DNA of 64,000 bases, taken from a virus. Below, in pieces: positions 1 through 8,142 of the stretch (its first letter is position 1; the number at the start of each line of letters is the position of its first letter). The notes below the pieces were generated by a model. That model did not search any database. It was not told where the DNA came from and saw nothing but the letters and a program-made list of their open reading frames with translations. The translations under genes were made by a program, and so were the position numbers. The stretch covers positions 1-64,000 of IMG/VR virus record IMGVR_UViG_3300034691_000049; one strand, given 5' to 3'.

Positions 1-336
1 CACCATGGTGTAGGCATCGTTCCGCAGGTTGGGGTCAATCAGGTTGGTGGCCAGGCAGCCGGCCAGGCACCGAGTGACCACGGACATGATGGACATGCCC
101 GAGCAGGTGGCATCAAGGCCAACCATGTGACCAATTGCTTCACCGCGGCAAGCGCGGTACAGGGCATTGACAGCTTTCAAGTACAGCGGACGTTCTTTCT
201 TACTGGTTTCGAGGTACGGCAGACGGTTGAAGTTATCCTTTACCCATTGAACGCGTTGTTCGAACAGTTTCTTGTCCATGTCAGCTTGGTTAGCAATATC
301 AACACAGATCCACTCAAAGCTTGTATATTCACGCAT
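1..336 (-). CDS. N4-like RNA polymerase II subunit 2 (RNAP2), 5' part, runs off the window
   Basis: Hand translation from ATG 336 gives MREYTSFEWICVDIAN...GHMVGLDATCSGMSIM, with the T7-type motif A DxxCSG. It lies two ORFs downstream of RNAP1 and is absent from the ORF track because it is truncated. Confidence 0.9.
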   Translation of the reverse strand, partial: MREYTSFEWICVDIANQADMDKKLFEQRVQWVKDNFNRLPYLETSKKERPLYLKAVNALYRACRGEAIGHMVGLDATCSGMSIMSVVTRCLAGCLATNLIDPNLRNDAYTMV

Positions 337-357
337 GGATTACTCTCCAGTTAGGAA

Positions 358-630
358 TTAATTTAGAATCATGTCGGCAAAAATCATTTCTTGCCCTGAT
401 GGATTATCATTGAACGGGACACAGCTAATGGCAACACTTGTGCTGCCATTGGACTGGAACATTTTTCTTGCTGCCCAACAACGACCTTTATCTACAAAGC
501 AGATGTAACACAGGTCTAACCCCTCGACATGATGTTTAGATAGGTGAAATTGGGAACTGTCAGCGTTATTGCTGATGTTGGGGATAACATCAGCATCCGT
601 AGGCTTATGCCTGATGAACAGGCGAGCCAT
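358..630 (-). CDS. hypothetical protein between RNAP1 and RNAP2
   Basis: 90-aa ORF coupled to the upstream ORF. Its tail (QEMIFADMILN) weakly resembles the early-array motif. Confidence 0.6.
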   Translation of the reverse strand: MARLFIRHKPTDADVIPNISNNADSSQFHLSKHHVEGLDLCYICFVDKGRCWAARKMFQSNGSTSVAISCVPFNDNPSGQEMIFADMILN

Positions 631-1046
631 TACATAGGTTCTTCTGGTTCGATGTAATCGTCACGCTGGCGCTTACGTTTGATGTAACCTTCCTCGTTGA
701 GAACGAAGTCGCCGATTTCGTAGATATTCAACAGTTCTTCACGCGAAAGCGCCGAAGTATTACCCATATCGGTAATAACTCCATAAACTTTCCCGGAAGT
801 GCCAATGTCATAAATCATGCCATTGCCACGCTGACGCCCGTTCTTGGTGTACAACTGCGCAAAGAGCACAGGCTCTTGTGCAATGTTCCATGCCGAAGCC
901 CAATCAGGGAGCGGTCCCATTTCAGTCTCGTACTGATCCAACGCTTTGCGTGCCAAATCAACGACTTCATCTTGTTTTGCGTTCTGCGGGCTGACCATGT
1001 CAGCCAACGAGCGTAAGGCAAGGTACAACATACGATCAGTTTGCAT
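630..1046 (-). CDS. hypothetical protein
   Basis: Likely start is MQTDRML at 1046, preceded by a GAGGA SD. Confidence 0.65.
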   Translation of the reverse strand: MQTDRMLYLALRSLADMVSPQNAKQDEVVDLARKALDQYETEMGPLPDWASAWNIAQEPVLFAQLYTKNGRQRGNGMIYDIGTSGKVYGVITDMGNTSALSREELLNIYEIGDFVLNEEGYIKRKRQRDDYIEPEEPM

Positions 1047-1145
1047 AATTGAATCCTCGGAAGGTGCCGCACTTAGTGAACCGCATGTTTCCCACACGGC
1101 GAGGTGTCTTGACCTCTTTTACATCTGGTTTAGCAGGTTTCTGTT

Positions 1146-2075
1146 TCACAACTGGAACTCAGCAGGAATGTCGGTAACGACTTGTTTATGCGCAAACTCA
1201 AGCATGGCCTTCTTATAAGGCGCACCCTGAGTCGATATGTGATAACCGTTGGCGTAGATACGCCCTCTTTTATCGTACTTGTGATGCAAGTAGAACTTGT
1301 TGCCTTGACCTGCCATAAGCAGGTAGAACTCATGCGATTGGCGCTTCTGATTCAACCACATGGTTTGTTTCTCAGGAGAATCCAGCTCACTGTTGGGCAT
1401 TTCCTCAACTGTGCTCAGGAACTCCAGATCCAGCGATAGTGCGACTGAATTCTTCGAATCCAGTACATCAAGGCACACGTCGTCGTTGTGGTGACCTTTA
1501 TTCAAGATCACCGAGTCCTGTCCAATAGTCAGGTACGGCGTGTCCTTGTTGTGACGCAGCTTCTTCGGTGGATGCACCAGAGGCGGCAGATAGGCGCAGT
1601 TGGCGATGTACTCTTCCAACTGAAGGGACAGGGTGATGTTGCTGATGATGTTCCAGCTACCGAATCGGTTGGCCTGGGTCAGGTCAAACAGATCGGTATC
1701 ACACAGTACTGCGGTGATTTCCGCAATGGTGGTGATGCTGGACTTCTTGTCGTCCCAGCCGAGGGTGCCGGCCATGCGGGCTGTGAAGCTGGTGAACAGT
1801 TCTTCATGCTGGCAGTAGGCCGAAGCCACAACGATATCAATGACCAGCTCACGCAGGTCCATGCCGCGCAAGCCAGAGATGCGAATGTTCTTCGACTCGT
1901 AGCTGAAGGTCTGGCCGACCCACTCAGTGAGCAGGTCAACGCCCTTATCCAGCAGTGGAATCACGTCTGCATCCGCAAGGACGTAGTCACGCATGTACTT
2001 GTCGATATGGTGACGGGCAAAACGGTATTCGTTTGCACGTTGTATATCGTCGGTAAGCATAAGGGTAGGTTTCAC
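1146..2075 (-). CDS. N4-like RNA polymerase II subunit 1 (RNAP1)
   Basis: 309 aa with FYLHHKYDKRGRIYANGYHISTQG, the T7-family DxRGRxY motif, and an AGGAG SD. Confidence 0.92.
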   Translation of the reverse strand: MKPTLMLTDDIQRANEYRFARHHIDKYMRDYVLADADVIPLLDKGVDLLTEWVGQTFSYESKNIRISGLRGMDLRELVIDIVVASAYCQHEELFTSFTARMAGTLGWDDKKSSITTIAEITAVLCDTDLFDLTQANRFGSWNIISNITLSLQLEEYIANCAYLPPLVHPPKKLRHNKDTPYLTIGQDSVILNKGHHNDDVCLDVLDSKNSVALSLDLEFLSTVEEMPNSELDSPEKQTMWLNQKRQSHEFYLLMAGQGNKFYLHHKYDKRGRIYANGYHISTQGAPYKKAMLEFAHKQVVTDIPAEFQL

Positions 2076-2085
2076 GGATAAACTC

Positions 2086-2322
2086 CTAGTTTACAAGCAT
2101 TGCAGCAAGTTTGATCTCTTCCGGTGTATCTTTAGGGTCAGCTTGGCATCTAAGCCCGTTACCCCCCAAATAGTACAGATCGCCGTTTGGCTCTAACGTG
2201 TAGATAACTGAAGCAGTGCAACCACTTAGTTGAGTCATACGCTGTAACGTAACCCAACGACCTGCTTGCTCAATTTCTAACTTTCCGCGGAACATATATA
2301 GGATGGTGCGCATCTCTTCCAT
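2086..2322 (-). CDS. small early protein, C-terminal-motif family
   Basis: Ends DTPEEIKLAAMLVN. Confidence 0.75.
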   Translation of the reverse strand: MEEMRTILYMFRGKLEIEQAGRWVTLQRMTQLSGCTASVIYTLEPNGDLYYLGGNGLRCQADPKDTPEEIKLAAMLVN

Positions 2323-2329
2323 AATTCAC

Positions 2330-2593
2330 CTATTCTGTGCAGAGATGCACGACTTGAACACATTCAGGAAGACTATCTACCGAAATTGGCAGTAACTGGT
2401 TAAAGTAACTGATTCTAGAGTTGTCACGAGTACCTCTTTGAAGCATACGCCATTGAACCCCTTGAGGTTCGACAAAGCGGACATAAACCTCGCCCATGGG
2501 AAATCTGCTGCCTAAATGCATAGCAGTTGAGTCTTCAGCCTCCAAAATCATACGAATGTTGTCGTTTATTACGTTAACGGTGAGTGCCATCAC
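2330..2593 (-). CDS. small early protein, C-terminal-motif family
   Basis: Ends SLPECVQVVHLCTE. Confidence 0.7.
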   Translation of the reverse strand: MMALTVNVINDNIRMILEAEDSTAMHLGSRFPMGEVYVRFVEPQGVQWRMLQRGTRDNSRISYFNQLLPISVDSLPECVQVVHLCTE

Positions 2594-2901
2594 TAACCTC
2601 GCACAAATTCCAGCATTTTGATCGGCTCAGGTAGGGTCATGGCAGCAGACCATGCAATACCGTTTGGACTATCCAAACCCCAACGGGATTGATCGTCCCA
2701 GTAGAAATAGTTGTAGTACCAGTCCAACCCGGGATCTATAGTCTTTTTGTAGGGGTTCATTCTAACACGCCCGCAAAACACGCAACCTGGGCGGTACTGG
2801 TAAAACTTACCCCAATGAGGCTTCGAGTCTGCTTCCACAGTCTCGAAAACCTCAAGGATTACATCTTTGGTTTCGTTGAGGATCACCCAAACGGTCTTCA
2901 T
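2593..2901 (-). CDS. small early protein, C-terminal-motif family
   Basis: Ends TLPEPIKMLEFVRG; start overlaps the upstream stop. Confidence 0.7.
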   Translation of the reverse strand: MKTVWVILNETKDVILEVFETVEADSKPHWGKFYQYRPGCVFCGRVRMNPYKKTIDPGLDWYYNYFYWDDQSRWGLDSPNGIAWSAAMTLPEPIKMLEFVRG

Positions 2902-3191
2902 GGCGCCACCATCTGCATCATGAGGATTACGTCAGGAACTGATGCCAAACCCACGTCATTGAACTTATACCGCTGGTTTGAGTAACAATATTCACCCTTG
3001 TACCAACTGCCGAAATCATCTTGTAGATAAACCACACAGAATGGATCATCTTTTCGTGCTCCTTCGCATACTTGCAGAATCTCGCTAGAGAGAAGCCTTG
3101 TAGTCACACAAGGCACTGTATTTACTATGTAATACACAACACCAACCGTTAACCCGGAAATTCCCGGGGCTTGGAAGTTCCAGTTTTTCAT
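2898..3191 (-). CDS. small early protein, C-terminal-motif family
   Basis: Ends SVPDVILMMQMVAP; ATGA overlap. Confidence 0.7.
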   Translation of the reverse strand: MKNWNFQAPGISGLTVGVVYYIVNTVPCVTTRLLSSEILQVCEGARKDDPFCVVYLQDDFGSWYKGEYCYSNQRYKFNDVGLASVPDVILMMQMVAP

Positions 3192-3442
3192 TCGAGCATC
3201 ATCCTCGTAAGTTTTACTATGTCAGGCACAAAATCAGGCTTTAACCACTCTTTGATCTGCACACGCCAGTACAGCCACACTTCCCGGTTATCTGTTGTCA
3301 TGTACCAGTGATACAGCGTGATTTCTGGATTCACTTCAGCCGTTGCAAACATGTGAAGTCCAATACCTAAAAGTATGTCGGACTCATCCGTCATAATCAC
3401 AGAATCTTGCACTTTGTTATAAGCAAAGGTAAATAGGCTCAT
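3188..3442 (-). CDS. small early protein, C-terminal-motif family
   Basis: Ends FVPDIVKLTRMMLE; ATGA overlap. Confidence 0.75.
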   Translation of the reverse strand: MSLFTFAYNKVQDSVIMTDESDILLGIGLHMFATAEVNPEITLYHWYMTTDNREVWLYWRVQIKEWLKPDFVPDIVKLTRMMLE

Positions 3443-3657
3443 AACAGCATCATCATGGCTAGTTTTACCACTTCAGGTATGTCTTCATCCTTTATTGGGT
3501 GATACCCCTGAGTTTCTGGGGTCCAGCAGGACCACCAAACGCTGTTGTTGTATGCATAAACGTCCATATCGTCACGAAGGTACGGAATGTTCAATATCTG
3601 AACATCCAGCACCAGTTCTTCAGTGTTACGGCACCAACCTACTTTCTTTGTGCTCAT
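3439..3657 (-). CDS. small early protein, C-terminal-motif family
   Basis: Ends DIPEVVKLAMMMLL; ATGA overlap. Confidence 0.75.
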   Translation of the reverse strand: MSTKKVGWCRNTEELVLDVQILNIPYLRDDMDVYAYNNSVWWSCWTPETQGYHPIKDEDIPEVVKLAMMMLL

Positions 3658-3881
3658 GTCAGTAACATGTGCGCAAGACGCACAGCCTCCGGCACTTCAG
3701 TTGTGGTTATAGGACTGCCAATGAGAATATCAATGTCAGTACCGAGGCGGTATGCGTACCAGCGATCCGGCACTTTGATGCCGTACACTGGACGGTATAC
3801 CGACCGTGTTTCAATGAACGTGTCCGCGATGAGGACCACCTCTTTATCGACGGTGTCGTAGACCGCGAAGAACACGGTCAT
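3654..3881 (-). CDS. small early protein, C-terminal-motif family
   Basis: Ends EVPEAVRLAHMLLT; ATGA overlap. Confidence 0.75.
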   Translation of the reverse strand: MTVFFAVYDTVDKEVVLIADTFIETRSVYRPVYGIKVPDRWYAYRLGTDIDILIGSPITTTEVPEAVRLAHMLLT

Positions 3882-4150
3882 TCGGACACCATGACAGCCA
3901 GCCGCACCATTTCAGGTACGTCAGCTTCCTGTTTATACAGACATTCCCCCGGGCACCGGGTCAACGACCATTGCAGGGAAGTGCGCCAAGGGTAGAAGGT
4001 GTAGACCCAGAACGTGTCAAACAAACCACAGCTCACCTTACCGCCATCGACCACCTGCCCAGTTGAGTAGTCCCACAGGATTTTGACAGGTACTGCGGGC
4101 GCCTGATCCGGGACATTAAATGGATCATCCCAAGGCATGGACGCCTTCAT
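3878..4150 (-). CDS. small early protein, C-terminal-motif family
   Basis: Ends DVPEMVRLAVMVSE; ATGA overlap. Confidence 0.75.
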   Translation of the reverse strand: MKASMPWDDPFNVPDQAPAVPVKILWDYSTGQVVDGGKVSCGLFDTFWVYTFYPWRTSLQWSLTRCPGECLYKQEADVPEMVRLAVMVSE

Positions 4151-4587
4151 GGTACTGGCTTCCAGACTTGGATGTTGCTCGGCAAGCGCTCGATAAGGCT
4201 ATTGAGCATCCATTCCGGTTGATCATACCCGGGCCACTCCAATGCAAAGACCTTGTCGGGGTTAGCCTGGGCCAACGTAGCCAATCGCAGCAGTGCCCCG
4301 GAGATCAAACCAAGGTTGATGCCGTTGCGGGGAGAGATCATGTGCTGTAAGATGCCAACCTTGCCAGAGCAACGCAGATAGAACTCGCCACCATCCCCGC
4401 ACGTCTCCTTGATCCACGCTCCCATCTTCGCCTTTAGGGTAGGGTATTTAAGACCCAACACCCCGGCGAGACCATTGAGCATAATAAGCTCTCCAGTCTC
4501 CACCCGAAGCTTACTTCCCACACAAATGATGAAATGATCGACTTGGTCGAAGACATCCATCATATCCCCATGTTTAATCACGTTCAT
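4147..4587 (-). CDS. divergent macrodomain-like (ADP-ribose-binding fold) protein
   Basis: N-terminus IKHGDMMD...GELIMLNGLAGVLGLKYP echoes the GDhh...MGxGhA...YP macrodomain pattern; 146 aa. Confidence 0.5.
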   Translation of the reverse strand: MNVIKHGDMMDVFDQVDHFIICVGSKLRVETGELIMLNGLAGVLGLKYPTLKAKMGAWIKETCGDGGEFYLRCSGKVGILQHMISPRNGINLGLISGALLRLATLAQANPDKVFALEWPGYDQPEWMLNSLIERLPSNIQVWKPVP

Positions 4588-4835
4588 CGCATAATCTCCG
4601 CAGTTCGTACGATTTCAGGAACACTATTGAGCAATTCAGGCTCCCAGCGTGCATAAGCAATGCCAGCGGTAGGGATTGAGTACCAATCCCCATCACGAGC
4701 ACGCCACCACAAGTGGCAACCTTCATATGTAGCAACAACCTTGTGCATATCAGCAATAGACCAATTGGCTTGGTCTACGAGGATGCCATCGACGTAATCA
4801 CCGTCTCGGGTGACGTGGTACATGAGCATTGCCAT
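4584..4835 (-). CDS. small early protein, C-terminal-motif family
   Basis: Ends SVPEIVRTAEIMR. Confidence 0.75.
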   Translation of the reverse strand: MAMLMYHVTRDGDYVDGILVDQANWSIADMHKVVATYEGCHLWWRARDGDWYSIPTAGIAYARWEPELLNSVPEIVRTAEIMR

Positions 4836-4839
4836 AGTT

Positions 4840-5109
4840 TTAACCCCCTTGAATTAGATGAGCCATTATCACCACATCAGGTGGTATTGCAGGCTCCCAA
4901 ATGGCGCTGCGTATGGTATTGGTGTCCATATAGGCCCAACCAAACATAACGCGGCACCACACCCGACAATCAGGGTAATCTTTGGCAGCACTCCTATAAC
5001 TGTAGGTATCCGGCGAATCTAACTGGATAACTCCAACAATTTCCCCATTTTGCTCTACGAACCAGACGGGAGTTACGCCTTTCGGTAGGTGAGCAGAGTC
5101 AACTTGCAC
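4840..5109 (-). CDS. small early protein, C-terminal-motif family
   Basis: Ends IPPDVVIMAHLIQGG. Confidence 0.7.
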   Translation of the reverse strand: MQVDSAHLPKGVTPVWFVEQNGEIVGVIQLDSPDTYSYRSAAKDYPDCRVWCRVMFGWAYMDTNTIRSAIWEPAIPPDVVIMAHLIQGG

Positions 5110-5473
5110 ACATCATTGCCACCTGAGCTTCAGGTGGCACCTCATCGTGCTGCACCGTCATAAGCGACGGACGTTTGTACAAAGTGCCCACGTTGGCATT
5201 CTTCCAGCGAATTTCACGCCAAACACGGTCAACACTGGGACGATAGAACATCACCCGGCATTTACCATGAGTTTGGAATGCTTTCTTTGCGTAGTACGCA
5301 GCATCGAACTTGGTACGTTCTTCAATTTGCAGAACGTCGCCATCACGGAATACTGCGCACAGAACTGGCTCAGCAATGTGAGCACGCTTCACTACGTTGT
5401 TATTAATGTTCATTGGGTCTTCAACCTCACCGAAAGACAGCATGTTTGTATAGTTTCTAGGTTTTCGGCTCAT
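5099..5473 (-). CDS. early protein, C-terminal-motif family
   Basis: Likely start is MSRKPRN at 5473 (GGAGG SD, ATGA overlap); ends EVPPEAQVAMMCAS. Confidence 0.7.
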   Translation of the reverse strand: MSRKPRNYTNMLSFGEVEDPMNINNNVVKRAHIAEPVLCAVFRDGDVLQIEERTKFDAAYYAKKAFQTHGKCRVMFYRPSVDRVWREIRWKNANVGTLYKRPSLMTVQHDEVPPEAQVAMMCAS

Positions 5474-5781
5474 ACAGCCTCCAAGATACCCAGAGTGTTC
5501 ATGACATGTGTCATTTTGCCCTCTTGCCACACACCAGCCCGATGAACACGGAACAACGCGAAGGCATTGAGAAATTCCTGCATCTCTTGCAAAGAATCAG
5601 CAACGTGAGTGACGCGCTGCATCCCTATACCGTTGGAATTCTTCAAATCCAACGAAAGCTGCATAAAGGAGATATCAGGTACAACTTCGCTGTGTTTCTG
5701 GCTTACACTCAGCTCATTCAGCACTAGCGAAATGAAGCCGAAGCACATCAACACAAAGAGCACATTAAGAGCTAACTGCAC
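5470..5781 (-). CDS. hypothetical membrane-anchored protein
   Basis: N-terminal hydrophobic helix LALNVLFVLMCFGFISLVL. Confidence 0.6.
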   Translation of the reverse strand: MQLALNVLFVLMCFGFISLVLNELSVSQKHSEVVPDISFMQLSLDLKNSNGIGMQRVTHVADSLQEMQEFLNAFALFRVHRAGVWQEGKMTHVMNTLGILEAV

Positions 5782-5783
5782 GA

Positions 5784-6428
5784 TCAGTTTCCTTTCTTAG
5801 CAGCAACGAGGTAAAGACGGCCAGTCTCTTCGATAATGGCCTGTTTGATTGACTTACGTACGCTTGGCAGCGCAACTTTGTCGTCCAGCACATTAAGCAC
5901 GGCTTCACGGTGAAGCTGACGCTTGCCGTTTGCGCGAAACAGCTCATGGCTCAGACCATCGATAGTTGCAGCCTGATTGTCGATAGACTTCTGCATCAGC
6001 TTCTGCATTTGCTTACGGCCCATCTTGGCGCCCTTGCGGACACCAGCCGTGTGCAGATTCTTAGCTTTCTGGTTTATGGTGGGGTCAATAGCTTGGTCTG
6101 CGACATGCAGCATCATGATTGCCAGCATCATGCCGGGATTGCCACCATGTTTGCTGAAGTCCCAGATACCAAGGGCAGACATGACCTTTACCAACGCATC
6201 ACGGTACTCATCAGAGAACTCCCAGCGATCTTTGTACAAAGTCGCCTGACTCTTCGCATCAGTCAGCAGTTCACGCCATTTAGCGTCACACGCTTGCAGA
6301 TGTTCACGTTGCAGCGCGTTACCCAGCAGTTGCTGACTTTCACAGCGGGCATAGCCCAACATTGCACCTACAATGAGGCACAACAGCGCACCAATGGTGC
6401 CGTAGATGAGTACAGTAGTCATTTCCAT
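5784..6428 (-). CDS. hypothetical membrane-anchored helical protein
   Basis: 214 aa with an N-terminal TM segment and a GGAG SD. Confidence 0.7.
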   Translation of the reverse strand: MEMTTVLIYGTIGALLCLIVGAMLGYARCESQQLLGNALQREHLQACDAKWRELLTDAKSQATLYKDRWEFSDEYRDALVKVMSALGIWDFSKHGGNPGMMLAIMMLHVADQAIDPTINQKAKNLHTAGVRKGAKMGRKQMQKLMQKSIDNQAATIDGLSHELFRANGKRQLHREAVLNVLDDKVALPSVRKSIKQAIIEETGRLYLVAAKKGN

Positions 6429-6431
6429 GGT

Positions 6432-6527
6432 TTACGCTCCGTAAGTTACATAAATGTTCAGAAGAATGTAGGCAAATGCCAAGATGCAAGAATACTTGCA
6501 GAATTTTGCACAGATGTGCTTTACCAC
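6432..6527 (-). CDS. 31-aa hydrophobic peptide (below ORF-track cutoff)
   Basis: GTG start with GGAG SD; MVKHICAKFCKYSCILAFAYILLNIYVTYGA*; fills the gap between its neighbours. Confidence 0.55.
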   Translation of the reverse strand: MVKHICAKFCKYSCILAFAYILLNIYVTYGA

Positions 6528-6805
6528 GGGTTATTACTCCGAGGGCCACAGTTTGGTTGAGGTTTCGCCTTATGATGGCGCTTTAGCTGATTACGCGAAG
6601 GACGTATCTCTCTATAGGGCCAGCCATGCGTGACCATGTCCACCTTATCGTCATGCAAACGAATCTCGTACATGATGGTGCCGGTCAGCAAAGCGTTGGC
6701 CAAGGCCAGCTTCATACGCAGGTTTAGCTTAGGGGAGCCACGCAGTGACGGCCCCAAGCCTAGAATCGTGGCGTTATACATACCAGGCGGTAACTTATCT
6801 GTCAT
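6521..6805 (-). CDS. hypothetical basic protein
   Basis: Likely start is MTDKLPPG at 6805, downstream of a terminator. Confidence 0.6.
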   Translation of the reverse strand: MTDKLPPGMYNATILGLGPSLRGSPKLNLRMKLALANALLTGTIMYEIRLHDDKVDMVTHGWPYREIRPSRNQLKRHHKAKPQPNCGPRSNNPW

Positions 6806-6817
6806 GGTTTCGCTCTC

Positions 6818-6853
6818 AAAAATGAGGGCCACCACCCCAATGGGATGATGGCC
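6818..6853 (-). terminator. rho-independent terminator after the gp2-like gene
   Basis: Minus strand GGCCATCATCCC-ATT-GGGGTGGTGGCC followed by a T-run. Confidence 0.65.
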
Positions 6854-6859
6854 GTCGGC

Positions 6860-7201
6860 TTACACCAGATCCAGCATCGATTCTTCGTCGGTGCGAGTTG
6901 GGTTGAAGCTGAATTCCAGCTTCTTGGTGAACTCACTGAGACGACGCGCTTTTTCAGCGACCAGTTCATCGGCGTTCAGCTTTTCATCGCCCGGGCGAGT
7001 GCAGCCGAGGTAAGCAGCGATCTGTTCGTGAGTCTTGTTGCCTTCCAGCAGGCGGACAGCGTCAACACGAATCGGATTGCCTTTGGCAGTCGGCAGATTC
7101 AGGTTGATGAAACCGAGGGTTTTCTTGGCAGCACCACCGCCTTCAGCACGAGCAGGAGCAGCAGAAGTGTTCGAGGTAGAGCCTTTACGTTCAACAGCCA
7201 T
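6860..7201 (-). CDS. N4 gp2-like ssDNA-binding activator of middle transcription (Drc-like)
   Basis: MAVERKG...KKTLGFINLNLPT...KKLEFSFNP with an acidic tail. It has its own hairpin promoter upstream and a terminator downstream, as for N4 gp2. Confidence 0.7.
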   Translation of the reverse strand: MAVERKGSTSNTSAAPARAEGGGAAKKTLGFINLNLPTAKGNPIRVDAVRLLEGNKTHEQIAAYLGCTRPGDEKLNADELVAEKARRLSEFTKKLEFSFNPTRTDEESMLDLV

Positions 7202-7250
7202 GGGAAATACTCCAGAATAACGGATAAGTGAGATTGATTGGCAGACATTG

Positions 7251-7270
7251 CCTTTACAGGGCCGAAGGCC
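7251..7270 (-). promoter_or_regulatory. vRNAP-type hairpin early promoter (P3)
   Basis: Template (+) strand CCTTTACAG-GGCC-GAA-GGCC, matching the two copies at 10.6-10.7 kb. Confidence 0.75.
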
Positions 7271-7280
7271 GCTTTTGATG

Positions 7281-7541
7281 TTACTTTGGTACATCCAACG
7301 ACACATTTACGGTAATGCCGGCATAAATTGCAGCAACGTACATGGTATCGAACGAAACACGCCATTCTTCGCCACGATTGATGAAACCGACGATGTTGGT
7401 GCTAACACCAAGAATCTCGCTCGCAACCTTCTGAGTCCACGCGTTTACCTTAATTTGCTTGCGCAACTCCTTGGCAATCAGTTCCTTCATGTGACCCAAG
7501 GATTGTTTCGCGAAGCAATTGGAGCTTTGAGCCTGTTTCAT
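7281..7541 (-). CDS. XRE-type helix-turn-helix protein
   Basis: WTQKVASEILGVSTNIVGFINRG fits the HTH pattern. Confidence 0.7.
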   Translation of the reverse strand: MKQAQSSNCFAKQSLGHMKELIAKELRKQIKVNAWTQKVASEILGVSTNIVGFINRGEEWRVSFDTMYVAAIYAGITVNVSLDVPK

Positions 7542-7644
7542 AGATACCTCTGGTTTAGGCTACCGCCGGCCCTCTATGAGGGCACATAGCGGTATGGTTT
7601 TCATCGCCGAAAAGGGCAATTACTGCATTGTTGATATATCGGTT

Positions 7645-7938
7645 TCAGAACTCGAACAATTGCGACTTGATGCCGTTGGCCACGTACGCATTGTGGGAGT
7701 TCTCCGCTTCACGACGCATAGCGTCACGGCTGCCGCAACCACTGCGCACAAAGGCCGAGACCAGCTTAGGTTTCACGATCAACACGCTATTAATAGCGTT
7801 CTCCTGCAATTTAGCTGCAACCAGCTCACAGGATTCACCCTTACGAATGACCGCAGTCATATCGGTGTAAGAGTTGGTGCATTCAACACTGCCGGTGGCA
7901 GTGCTTATGACACAAGCAGTAAAGAATGCAAAGATCAT
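7645..7938 (-). CDS. putative exported Cys-containing protein (paralog of 8139-8447)
   Basis: Hydrophobic N-terminus and four Cys with spacing similar to 8139-8447. Confidence 0.6.
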   Translation of the reverse strand: MIFAFFTACVISTATGSVECTNSYTDMTAVIRKGESCELVAAKLQENAINSVLIVKPKLVSAFVRSGCGSRDAMRREAENSHNAYVANGIKSQLFEF

Positions 7939-7950
7939 GGTTGTTTATCC

Positions 7951-8142
7951 TTATGAGTTAAGCATACGCAGCATCTTGCGGCGTTGCTGACGACGTTGTT
8001 TAGAGTTACCCACAAAAGATGGGTAATACACGACCGAGTCAGTACCATCTACAATAGCCCAATGGTTATGACGATTTACGTCCCGCAGTATCAGGAAAGG
8101 CGGGCACTTCTTACGTTGTATGTACTTGACGACGTAGTTCAT
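7951..8142 (-). CDS. hypothetical basic protein
   Basis: 63 aa, Arg-rich C-terminus, ATGA overlap. Confidence 0.55.
   Translation of the reverse strand: MNYVVKYIQRKKCPPFLILRDVNRHNHWAIVDGTDSVVYYPSFVGNSKQRRQQRRKMLRMLNS

Noticed and set aside
2086-5473. Diversity-generating retroelement or integron as the source of the array
   Set aside because: No reverse transcriptase, TR/VR pair, integrase or attC-like intergenic repeats in the window; the genes overlap with no spacers.
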